64,000 nucleotides of DNA, from NCBI GenBank assembly GCA_016748015.1, contig JAAOMT010000226.1, positions 602,604 to 666,603 on the forward strand, read 5' to 3'. Position numbers and translations under genes: made by a program. Below, one piece after another: positions 38,207 through 49,800 of the stretch. This DNA is from Geosiphon pyriformis uo1. Lineage: Eukaryota; Fungi; Glomeromycota. The first letter of the stretch is position 1, and each line of letters begins with the position of its first letter. The notes under the pieces are model-generated. The model made no database searches. It worked only from the letters and a program-made list of their open reading frames with translations, and was not told the DNA's origin.

Positions 38207-39191
38207 GCAAAAATTTTTAAAGAAATATTTTTGTCGAGTTTTAGTATTTTTTTAAGAAATTTTTAAAAGTCTAGGCCCTTTATGCAAAAACCTCCGCAAA
38301 ATTTTCATGCAAAACAACTTTCTTGTTTTAGAGACTTCTGAGATTCTAAAACGGCTGGTTTCCTGTGCTTCCATGCACGGAAACAATTAAAAGCAGGTTT
38401 TTGATAGACAGCATGACGAGACAGGGATTTCCAACGCATTAATAAGAGTCCAGCAATAACGCATCTGCAGATTGCCTGTGAATCTTTCCCCGCTCGTCTT
38501 TCTTCCAACGAATGACCGCAGCAGAAGAAAATTTAGGAGATCAGATGTTGATCGAAATGGGTATTGAGGAGGATAATATTTTGCATCAGACGAATCATGT
38601 TGAACGCCATTCTCTGATCATTTATTTACTCAATTCATATGAGATTTTGTTAATCAGTTCAGTTAAATATCTTTTCATGAATCCTTTTAAATGAGCCGGC
38701 CCAACTGATATTATAACTTGCCTTTATAAAAATCTCTGGTGGAGTTTGGATGCTGTAATAAATTAATTTTGCTACTTTGATTTTATTCTTTAGAAATTCA
38801 GACTAAAAACCAGATAATAAATTGGTGTTTATAAAGTGACTCGAGTGTTCTTTATTGTATTCAACAATCATGGTTCTCTAAAGGCTATGCACTTTTTTCT
38901 GAAATGAAATTTTGATAATAAATTAACTCATTAAGTTTTTGCAAAAATAATATATACTTGGCGGATGAAATCCCATAATACATTTATGTTAAAGACTATA
39001 TAAAGATCTTATCATTTAAGCTTTTTGATAGATAGAGCCTTTCAAATAATTAATATTTTTACCAAAATCTCAAGCTTTGTAAATATTCATGATATCGTAC
39101 ATGAGTTTGCAAATGTATTCAACGAAAATTTATTCTCACGTCTCAGAATAAAACGTGATTTTTTTTAGTAACTTTTTTTAAAATAAAAAAT

Positions 39192-40768
39192 TCAGTTTTT
39201 TACCTCATCTTGTGAAGGACATTGGCCCATCATATAGCCAAAATATGGGCCTAAATGGTAATCGAATGACATAATCCATCGGTCATTTTGTTTTCTTCTC
39301 TCTCTCCATTTAGCATTACATTCCTATTTGAAATAAAATCTTTGGTTAAAAATCAAAAGTAAATCGTTTGAAAATGAAAAACTCTGTCATAATATTGGAG
39401 AAAGCTTGCTGTACAGGATGTTCGGCCAACGAATTTCTATCATAGCACATAAACACTTTGGGGTATTTCTTATTAGTCTGGGGTATTTTTGAAAAACCTC
39501 TTGAAATACATTCACATTCTTCTTGCAATGGAATCCAGTATTCGATCTCAAGAGGAACGTACGGTATTTTAAAATTCTCATTATTGTCTGCATAGCGACC
39601 AGAAGATGGGGAACTTGGGATCCAATCATCGGCATAAGTTACTCGATAGACATTTAACTGATCGTGAACATATTGTGCAAATTGAAGATTTCCAACCCTT
39701 GGGAGGCCAAATGTAACGACCGTTGGTTTAGTGAGCAAACCATAGGTTTCTTTAAAATCAAGTGCTGCGAATACTGCATAAACTATACACTCCCCCCCCC
39801 CAAAAAAAACAAGAAATGACTTGAATAATCAAAAAAAAAATAAGTTTAATGAGAAGATGAAAGAACATAAAATATCCACCTCCTCCTCTTCCAGACCCGG
39901 TAAAAGTAAACAAAGATTTCGAATTTTGAAATGTATTTCCTTCAAACTCTAAGATTTTCATATGTGCCAAAAATCTCGTTCGAGCCCTAACCCATTCTTT
40001 ATAGAAATAATCTTCTACAAATGCTCCCTCAGCTTGATCATATTTTACAGCCCACCATATACTAGACCTCCACTTTTTGTAACTCATTTCACCCCGTCGA
40101 AAATAAATGATAAGTTGTTGGAATGAACCCACAACGGACGGCTGAAGGTTTTTAGGAAATCCCGCTTAAAAAATTTTGAGCGGCAAAAACAAAAATTTTA
40201 ATTTCTAAATTTTTTTAAGAAATTCCAAAAATAGATATGATATACCATATATTCTACCACCAAGATGATCCGCCACCTGGAGGCAAGCAGCTTGTTGAGC
40301 GTAATGTGCGTTAAGCGTCAGCATTCTGAGGACTTGTTCATCGGTCACCAATATTTTTTCGAATAAATTTTCATTATTTGATTCATTATTTGATCGAATA
40401 TACAGCTTTTGTTTTGCATTATGATCCATTTTGGGAATCTCCATTGAATATTGATTAATTTGAGCAGTATCCTTAAGAGTCCTTAATGAAAGATTTGTGC
40501 CCGACAAAATCTTAGTCATATTAATTTTGTTACCCAAGCTTTCGATGCTTTTAAAAGCCCCATCTCTTGGAGATTCCTTTCTTATTAAGCTGATTCTCTG
40601 GTCAAATGTAAACTTTTGTTGAATTAATGTAATTAGAATAAGTAAAAGAAATCCAAATTTTAAAAAAAAAATTTGAAGATGGCTAAGATTCCTTGTGATA
40701 TTTCGAATCTCTTGAGGGTCTATATGTTTGGTATATATGGATGAAGAATCGTTTTTAATCTTGGACAT
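39192..40768 (-). CDS. Class-3 lipase-like protein with an N-terminal membrane anchor and a substituted nucleophile; exons 40768-40246, 40164-39880, 39782-39415, 39323-39192
   Basis: Three in-phase GT-AG introns. Motifs: IIYFRRG, FTGSGRGG/VYAVFAAL, TFGLPRVGN, YRVTYADDWIP, EIEYWI and ECN...DYHLGPYFG. Confidence 0.82.
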
Positions 40769-42429
40769 TTTCTTTTTAAATATTTTGAATCAATTCAAGA
40801 TTTAAAGGATTGATAAAATTTTTAAACTGACATGGTTGTTCCCAAAAAAAACTACATTAGGGATATTTAAATCCAAAATTTTTAATTTAACAAAAATGAT
40901 AATATTTGTGCAAATTTACCCATCAAATTCCCTTTTGATGGAAACCAAAAAATATTGAAAAAAATTATACGATCCCCAATTTTTCCTTGATTGCAAAAAT
41001 TACCGAAAGAAACGAGATTTAATCAAGAATATAGAAGAGAGATAAAAGATTAGAATAGCTCTCAGATTTTAATTTTACTTTTTTGATTAATGGTCTACCG
41101 ACAGAAATTTATTAATCTAGATATATTAAATGTCTTAATGCTCTGCGTTTGACAACAAATTTTTTATAAAACATTAACTTTTCAGAAATTTTTTTACTTA
41201 CCACATTTTGTTACTTCTTAAACAAACAAGTACTAATTTAGGTATCATTTGTTTTCGACTTTAATGCGGATAAGTTTTTTCTGAAAATCAAATAATTTCA
41301 ATATTTTTCTCGATTTAAAGTGATAAAGTTTTATCTAAAGCATCAAATTTGTGATCAGTGTTCTAACGCAAATACATTTAATATTAAATCTTGGATTAGA
41401 TGATAATACCATAAATAACTATGAGATGATTGAATTTGTAGTCAGATTTTTGCTTTATCAGAAATTGCAAAAAAAGTTAGCAACTATCAAATCAAAAAAT
41501 TTTGTAGTCTAAATTAGTCTAAAATAAAGTCATTGAAACTAGGAGATAAGTAGTAGTAAGACAATTGAAATATTTCGTAAGATTTTTAAATTATCAAAAG
41601 TTGTTATTTAAAAAACCTTTTCCCCTTTTTTAAAAAATGTGTATTTGAGGGATAAAATAAAAAAGTATTTTATGCTTGCTGCACCAAAAAAATATAATTA
41701 AAACCAAATTTAAAAGTCTTTTATCTAAAACTCTAAAACGTTAAAATAATAATTATAAATTTTAAATAGAAAAGTTATTTTTTATATCAAGTTTATTTTA
41801 ATATAATAAACTTTTTATGTTGTATTACCTTCACTAATTTGAAATTCACATCTTTTTTCGGGTAAAAGAATGGTTTATTTTTAATAAACTTGATAGGAAC
41901 TTCCAGAAAAAGGTTAAAGAAATTATATCCTTATTAATAATTCATGACTGACTTTATGTATTTCAATTAAGAAAGTAACTAAATATTAATAATATGGTTA
42001 CGAATTAACGATTATTCATTTATTACTTTTTATTAGAAAAATAATGTAATTTCAAAAAATTACAACCTTTTAAAAATAAATAGAATTTTTTCATTATTTT
42101 TATAATGTTAAAAATGATAATTGAATTCAAAATTCCAAAATTAATTTTTAATTAACTATTCAAATTAAATTTAAAAATTTAAAAATACCAATTTTTGGAA
42201 GATTTCAAAGTCACAATTATAATAATTTGATTTTTTTGTACATTAAAAATATTAATCCTTTAAAATGTAAACCACATTTTAAATTTCTTAGAAAAAAAGC
42301 AATTTTCTTAATTAAATTTATTTTTAGGATTTATAAAATTTGAAAACATAAATATTGAAATTTTTATTTCTTCTATAATTATATTAATTTTAATAATCTT
42401 TTTTACAAATCAATTCCATTAAAAAGTTA

Positions 42430-43009
42430 CCAAGGGGTGACAGTTTATTATGAATTTATTACTTTACCAATCATTTTAAAATTTGAAATAAAAATCATTT
42501 CAAAAAAAAATTTATTTAATTGCGAAACATATAATCTAATACACTAATACTTTGTATGCCTATCTTTATTAACAATATAATCCTCAATTCGGCGAGGCAT
42601 TAATCGGACTAATCACAATAAATATCTTGTGGTATTGCTGCTCATTCCTCGGAAATAATTTGCTTCAATACACGAATGCTTCAAAATTTTGCAAGCTAAA
42701 ATATTTGTAACTGAAGATGAACAGCATTCCACAGCTTTGGGAAGGTCTAAATTCTTGTGGTCAGGTTTTTTTGCAAATTAGTGAGTATTTCCCACTACCC
42801 ATTTTCCAGTAATATTGAGAGTTTTTAAAATTTAATTTTATAACCCCCCTTTTATATAGGAAAGAATGCGTTTTGAATGAAAATAAACATGGTGACCAAT
42901 TAGGTAAGTGGTACACATATTGTGCTTATACATTAATTAGCTGAATTGCATACATAACTTATGCGAATTAAAATCAATTTTTAATTTCACAACACTCGCC
43001 ATCTTCTGG
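42430..43009 (-). mobile_element. Internally deleted, non-autonomous Tc1/mariner element (580 bp) with TA target-site duplication
   Basis: Transposase C-terminus IISEE*AAIPQDIY../LVRLMPRRIEDYIVNKDRHTKY* (~SMPRRxxxVIxxKGGHTKY) lies next to an N-terminal HTH-like start. The ends TA-CCAAGGGGTGAC and (reverse complement) TA-CCAGAAGATGGC differ only by A/G. Confidence 0.78.
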
Positions 43010-43089
43010 TAAAATGCCAATAAAATTTTATTAATAATTAAACAAGAATTTGTAGTTTCACTTTTGTTATTTGTTTGTTTTTATTGCAT

Positions 43090-45012
43090 AAGGTGTAATC
43101 CAGTCCCCTCTTGCCGCACAAACACAGCTTTGTCAAAAATAATAGTAATAAGTTTTAATAGTGCTATTGCAATTCATTATCCTATTTAATTATATTATTT
43201 ATTATTTATTGATCATATTATTTTATTTAGTATAATTAACTATTCTGAAAAAAAATTGTTAACTTTATTATCAAACTTGATAATTAATGTTTTTTCAATA
43301 ACATTATCTTCCAAGCCTGTAAAAATATTGCTTAAATCTTGTTATTTTTTTATTTCTTAAGCAAATGTAGTTCTTTTATTATCTACTATTATAGTATACA
43401 ATTTTTACATATTACTGGCCATTCAAAACAGTTTAAACTACATTACACTAATATTTACAATATTATTGTTAACATATTTTTTAATCTCATGGTGTTTTTA
43501 AAAGTGTTTGTTACTGTATTTAATATTATTAAAAGTGTCCAAGTGTTTGCTGCTTCAATTTTGGTATTTGGAGAAAGATATTTTCATTTTTTAATAATTG
43601 TATTTTGTAAAAATAGCCAGTTTTTGTTTCTAAATTGTTGCAATGTTTTGATTTTTTTGCAGGCTTGTTTGTAAATAATAATTCTTTTTGCAAAATCTGC
43701 TTCTTGTTTTATGTTAACAAAATTTTTATTTAGTATTGAAATGTCTAATTAGTTTCTGTTTTAAAATCACTGTTTGAAGAGTTGCAACTAGTTTAAACTA
43801 CCTATAATAATTTTTAAGTTATATTATGTAAAAATCTAATTCCAAATTATTTTCAATTTAAATAATTTATGCTTTTAATAAGTGTAATAAGAAAAAAAAA
43901 GCGAATTTCATAAAATAATAAAAATAAGTTTAATAAAACCTTTTTTTTAATCCTAAAATATAATAAATTAATAACTTTTGCAAACTTAATAAGTAATTAA
44001 CTTTAAAGTTATTGGTCTATAATATAATAAAATAGAATTTAAGAAGATTTTAGTTTTTATTAATTATGGTTTGTGCAAAAAATATTTGTTTTATTAAATT
44101 GTATTTATTTTGACTATTAAAACTTTTAAGTTATTGATTGTTCTAACATTTTCAAAAAAACTTTTTTTTATATTTCTTTAAATAATTATTGTTTTACAAA
44201 GATTTCAGTAAATTTCTTTAAAATAAGTGAATTTTTTATAATCAAAAGTATTTTAGGAAATTTTTTAATATTAGATAATTTGGAATATTATACATTCTAA
44301 TAATAATATTTAATTATTTTTGTGATTTTACAAATTAAGTTAAAATTTAAATAATTAATATTAAATTTTTAGACAATAATATATAATTATTATTATTAAT
44401 AATAATTAAGATAAATTTTATGATAATTTTCAAGATAAATTTTTACTAGTAATAATAAGTTTGAACAGCTTTTAACAGTTTGCAAAAATTTTTTTTTATT
44501 ATACTAATAAATAAAAACATATTAAAATTCACAAAATATTTAGGTAAATATGTTTAATAAAACACATATATGTTTTAACTTTGTAAAAAATTCTTACATT
44601 ATTTTTTTAACAATGTATATTGTTATCAGAAGTTTTAGTCCTTTTTTTGATGTAGTTAAATCCATTGTTAATAAAAGCTTGTGAATCTCCAATAAGTTAA
44701 TTTATCTCTAAATTATCTCTCTATACTTTGTGTAGTTATTTTGCAGTAAAAGTTAATTATTTTACAAGAAGTCTTGACTGTAAGCTCATTAATAATATGT
44801 AGTTACTTTGTTATAAAAGTCAACCCTTTACAGAAAATTTTGACTGTAAACTATCCAATAATATAAAAAGGAAATAAAAAAAAGAAATTTAAAATAAATA
44901 GAAATGTAAAAAAGAATGTTTTCTGCTCAGACCTAGAATTGACTAAGTAATTACTGAAATTAGTAACTAATTAATTTTAGAATATTAGTCAGAAATTCTA
45001 AATTTCAAGCAG
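43090..45012 (-). mobile_element. Probable decayed retroelement fragment(s), family not assigned
   Basis: Coding-like, CpG-poor, strand-biased segments at 43340-43790 and 44600-44800, plus a long hairpin at 44923-45012. No diagnostic motif. Confidence 0.25.
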
Positions 45013-45176
45013 TAATAATTATAAAAGAATTTGTTAATTTTCAAAGTAGATAGATTTGTAATAACTAATTGCTTATTGTCTTGAATTTAAGATAAGATAT
45101 ATTTTCTCAAAAAAAAGCTCTTCTTTCATACAATTTGTTGTAGTACTATTCCATAATCTTGTTCTTTTTTTTGCTA

Positions 45177-45281
45177 ATTTTTGGTGAACTAAAGATATAT
45201 TTTGGCAAACTACAAGTTATTTCGGTGAACTGTTAAATATTTTGTCAAATTTTTAAATATTTCAGTGAATTCTTGAATATT
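45177..45281. repeat. Five-unit ~20-bp minisatellite, inferred consensus core TATTTCGGCGAACT
   Basis: Cores TTTGGTGAACT, TTTGGCAAACT, TTCGGTGAACT, TTTGTCAAATT and TTCAGTGAATT occur at 20-21 bp spacing. Confidence 0.75.
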
Positions 45282-46869
45282 ACATAGTTCGAAGTATTGC
45301 ATGATCTGATCATTGTATTTAGTTATACTTGTGTATTGTACAAATTGGGTTATTAATTGGATGGTAATATTTGATAATTTGACTAAATAATAAATGATAA
45401 ATTAATAATAGGAATTATAAGGATAATTTCATGCTAATTAATAACTCAATCTTCTGCTGATAACAAAGTAAAAGTTTTTCAAAAGATTTTTACCAAGGCC
45501 AAGTAATTTAAATTTTATTACTTATAATAATGCGAATAATTAAAAATATTGTATATTAATAATTATAGTATTAAAAGTCTTTGAATTCCAAAAGTTATAA
45601 TAAAAAATTTTGACAACAATAAAAATTAAATAATTTACAATTTTATGAGTTATATAACCAAAAAAATTATTTTACAAGCAATAATCTTTTTTTGATTTAA
45701 ACCAGATTTTAATACTGTTTTTTAAATAAAATTAATCACTGAGTGAACACGAAATTAGTAAAATCTAAGTTTTCAAAATAAACAATAATATATTGTTAAC
45801 TTTATTAAGTATTTTAATAATTATCAAAAAATATAATAACAACAAAAAAATTTAATCTTAAAATTATAACAGACTTAATAATTTTGACTATAAATAAAAA
45901 AAGTGACTTTTATTTTAGTGAAACATCCAAGTATTTTTAAGATGCAAATTTTACACAAACAGTTTAATATTGTTTTTAAATACCAACTTGAAGCTAATAA
46001 AACTAAAAAATAATTGAAACAAAGTATTAATATGGCCAATTGAAAATTTAAAAAATTATTAAATATCAAAACAAAAACCACTTATAAATTTTTGATAAAT
46101 AATAATAATTTTTTAATTATTAATCATAATATTAACAAATACATTGATACTGAAAAAAAATATGTTATTGCTTCAATTTTTATAATATTAGTCTAATTTT
46201 TAGAGTAAATAACATTTTTAATAAAATTGCGTTAAACGTAACTTGCTTGCTTTTATAATAGATAAAAATTAACAAAAAAGAATCACAAAAGCAATACAAC
46301 CAAATATTATTTGTGCTTATTTTAAAAAATATATTTTTGCTATCGTCATTTATAGCTAAATCTAAACTATAAAAGTTGTCAAAAAAAACAAAGACTATAA
46401 TACAAGTTTGTTATTAAAAAATTTTAAGTTTTTAATAATAATTAAAACAACGTTGAAACTGGCTTTGAAAAACTTGAATTAAAGAAGTCTTTTTTAAAAT
46501 ACTTTGAATTTATATCATTTAAGAAAAATGGTTCTATAACATTTTGTTTACTATTAAGAAAAATCTTTTGGTTGTCATTTTCTTAATCATATTAAAATAC
46601 ATTGTATTTGCTTCTTTTTATTAACTTATTGTATTAAATTTTGCATAAAATAATATTAGAAAATCCAAAAACATTTGGCATACATAATAATAAATATTTT
46701 TATTTGTTTTTAATTTGTATTTATTATTATTATTATTATTATTTATTGGTTATCTTAATTTTATATATATAAAATAAAAATTTTGTTATTTTTATGATTT
46801 AAAAATGCTTTTTATATGTATTTCTGTTAAAATTAAGATGAAAAAATTTAGTTGTTTGTGTTTTTTATA

Positions 46870-49800
46870 AATTACTAGCTCTATATTTGTTAATAATACA
46901 AAAAATATTAAACAGCTTTCTTTTCTATGTTCCAAATTTTCCAAAGAGCATAATTTTGATAAAAAAGTTTTTGTTTTGTTTTTCTCTTGTTATCTTTATC
47001 AATATTTTTCAACTTAATAACCCTTTTATTGTGGAATTGGAAGCTGTTTTGGGCAGCAATATGTCTAAGAAAAAAGTGCCCAAAAAAGTTTTTCATAGTT
47101 CTGCTGGTAGTTTTTTTTATCAAAAAAAGAAGATTGTTCTTGGTAATATTAAACACTTTGGTAATAAAAAAACATCTTTTTGGTCAAGTTTGGTTTTAGT
47201 AATAGTATGTTTTTGAATATGAATGGTAATTTTAGTGATAGTAAATACAGTAGTTTTATAATTAGTATTGATAGTGGTTCTCTTTTTGGTTTAATTGTCA
47301 TTACTTCAAAGACTAAAAAAATAGCTCCTACTGTAGTTCTTGGCTCTCTTCTTGTTTTCTTGATTTTAATATAAATAAAAAAGTCAGACTTTTTTTATTT
47401 CTTCTTAATATCTTATTAGACAAAAAATAGATTAATCTTAAGATTACTAAAACTTAAGTAAAAATATCCATCAAAATGTTTTTTGCTTTGAATATTAATA
47501 TTTCAGCTATGGAAGACAAGTCAATAATGACAAAAACTCAGATAATTAAAAAACTATTTTTAATAATCAATAATTTTAGGAAGGTCATTATCTTTTTAAA
47601 ATTTGAAAAAATCATCTGATTAATATTTACATTAAAAAAAATATAAAAAAAATCATTTTACTGGCTAAAAATAAGAGAATTATTATAAACAATAATGTTA
47701 AAAGACAAAAAATGTGTTTAGATCAAACTGTAATAATTAAAAAATTCTCATTAATATGTCAAAAAAATTATTATTATCACAATATCTAAGTATAATTAAA
47801 TTGTGTTAATCTATTTACAACTAATTGAACTGTAACAGAAAACTAGAGTAAAATTTGCCAAATCAAGTCAAACTAATCTGTTGGCATTAAAATAGTTAAA
47901 AACTGTAGAAAATTGTAATGTTTAGATATTTAAAAATTAGTTTAGGGCACTTTTGTTTACTTTGCCTATAGAAACAATTGCTTATGATTTTGGTGTTCTA
48001 TTGAAAAAAACTGGTGAAAAAACTTGTATTATAAATCAATTATTTGAAACTGGCAATAAAGTTTGCTGTGTTGTAATTGGTTTTGAATTAGATAAGAAGC
48101 TAAAATTTGTTTTTTATATAGAGCTGATTTTTGGTAATATAAAACTCTTCTGGATTAGAATAGTTTTGGTTTAATATAAGAAATATAAATGTTTTAGTTA
48201 TTCTGCTTTAAAGTATAGTGCTTCTAGTTTCTTTACTCTTTTATCTTTGAAAGTATTAAAAAATTTGTTTCAATAAAAATTGCCAAGTTATATTCTAAAA
48301 AAAACATTTTCATTTTTTATTCTGCTGTTTTTGATGGCAAATCATGGACTTAAGTAGTCTTAACAGCTTCTGTTTTTAATAATTTGTTCTCTAATTCTAG
48401 TTTTGGGGTTTTTTTCCTGGTGTTTTGAGTTTTAATAAAAATTTTTTTTTATCTTATTAGATAACTTTTTTTTTAAATGCTCATTTGGCTTTTTTGAAAC
48501 ACTTTTTAAAGCTTTTGGCAGATTAAATTTTTAATATTATGTAAAAATTAAGCTTTATAGATCTGGTATTTTTGGCATCTACTTCTTAATTTCTTTTTTC
48601 TATTATGTTTGTACTATTAAATTCAAATTTAAATTTAAATATAGTTCTGAATAATCTATTTGTGTTATCTGTTCCTTTTTTTTTAATTGTAAATAAAAAG
48701 ATTTTGGATTTGGGTTTAAGTAGATCAAAAATTTTAACTACTAAAGTAGATGGCTTAGAATTGAAAATAGTAGTTTTTGAAGTTTTAGTTAGTTTAGTAT
48801 TGGCAAAATTAAATCAATTGTGTACTGACTTAAGTTTTTTTGTGGTTGTCACATCTTAATAACTGATTTAATTTAGAAAATTGCTATATGTAATGTTCAC
48901 AATATCAATGTTTTTGCTAAATAAAAGAACATAGTTTATTGGCATGTAAAATTGGATAATATAATTTCGATTATTACAAAAACAAAGTTGAAATCTAGTA
49001 TTAAACTATAAATAGCAAATAAGTTTAATAGGATAAGAATTTTTAGATCTGATTTAGATAAAAACTTTCTTGATGTTAGAATGGCAATTATTATAAACAA
49101 TTCTTTAACTGATCATGTTTTAAAAATGAAAAAAATCTTTAGTTAAATTATTTTAGTGTGACTTTTGTTTAAAAATAAATTATCAGTTATAATTTTGAAC
49201 TTATATATAGATATTTTTGCTGAAATTAAGTTTGGTTAAGTATTAAAGATTAATTTTTTCATTGCTAAAGCTGTTAACTCCAATATTTTTATGGTATTGA
49301 GTGAAAATTTCAATGAAAACAGTTCAAAAAAAAGTGTGAGTTTTAGGTTTTGTGTAGATTTAAGCTTAATTAACTTATTTAATAGATATTTATTAGCCAA
49401 AGTTTCTACTTGGAGTAATTCTAAAGACATTAAAAAAGTTATTAATTTTATTTTTGTGAACCAAAACCTGGTATTTGCAGTTGTTAGTCATAGAATTAAT
49501 GTTGTATTTAAGTTTTTTAATACTAATTACAAAACAATTTTAGTTGCAGTTAGCTTGGATAGTTTTTTAAATATTTGTTATAATAATAATTATAAGCAGA
49601 TTAATAAAAATAGATGGAAGTTCAAAATTAAAAATGCTAAGATTAGTAAGTAGTTATAATTTAAGAAGTGCTTATTAAACAAATTCTTAAAAAAAATGGC
49701 TAAATTCAATAATACAAAATATTGTAGCAATTTGAATACTATGTGAAAAATTTTGAAGGAAATAGTAATAAATTTTATTAATAAAGTGTTTTCTAGACTT

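Noticed and set aside
38305-38694. Short ORFs and a GTTTCC(T)GTGC/GCACGGAAAC hairpin upstream of the Sel1 gene
   Set aside because: No domain or convincing splice link was found. Could be promoter/UTR or an unrecognised relic.
45177-45281. CRISPR-like repeat-spacer appearance
   Set aside because: The 20-bp period is far too short, the context is eukaryotic and there are no cas genes.
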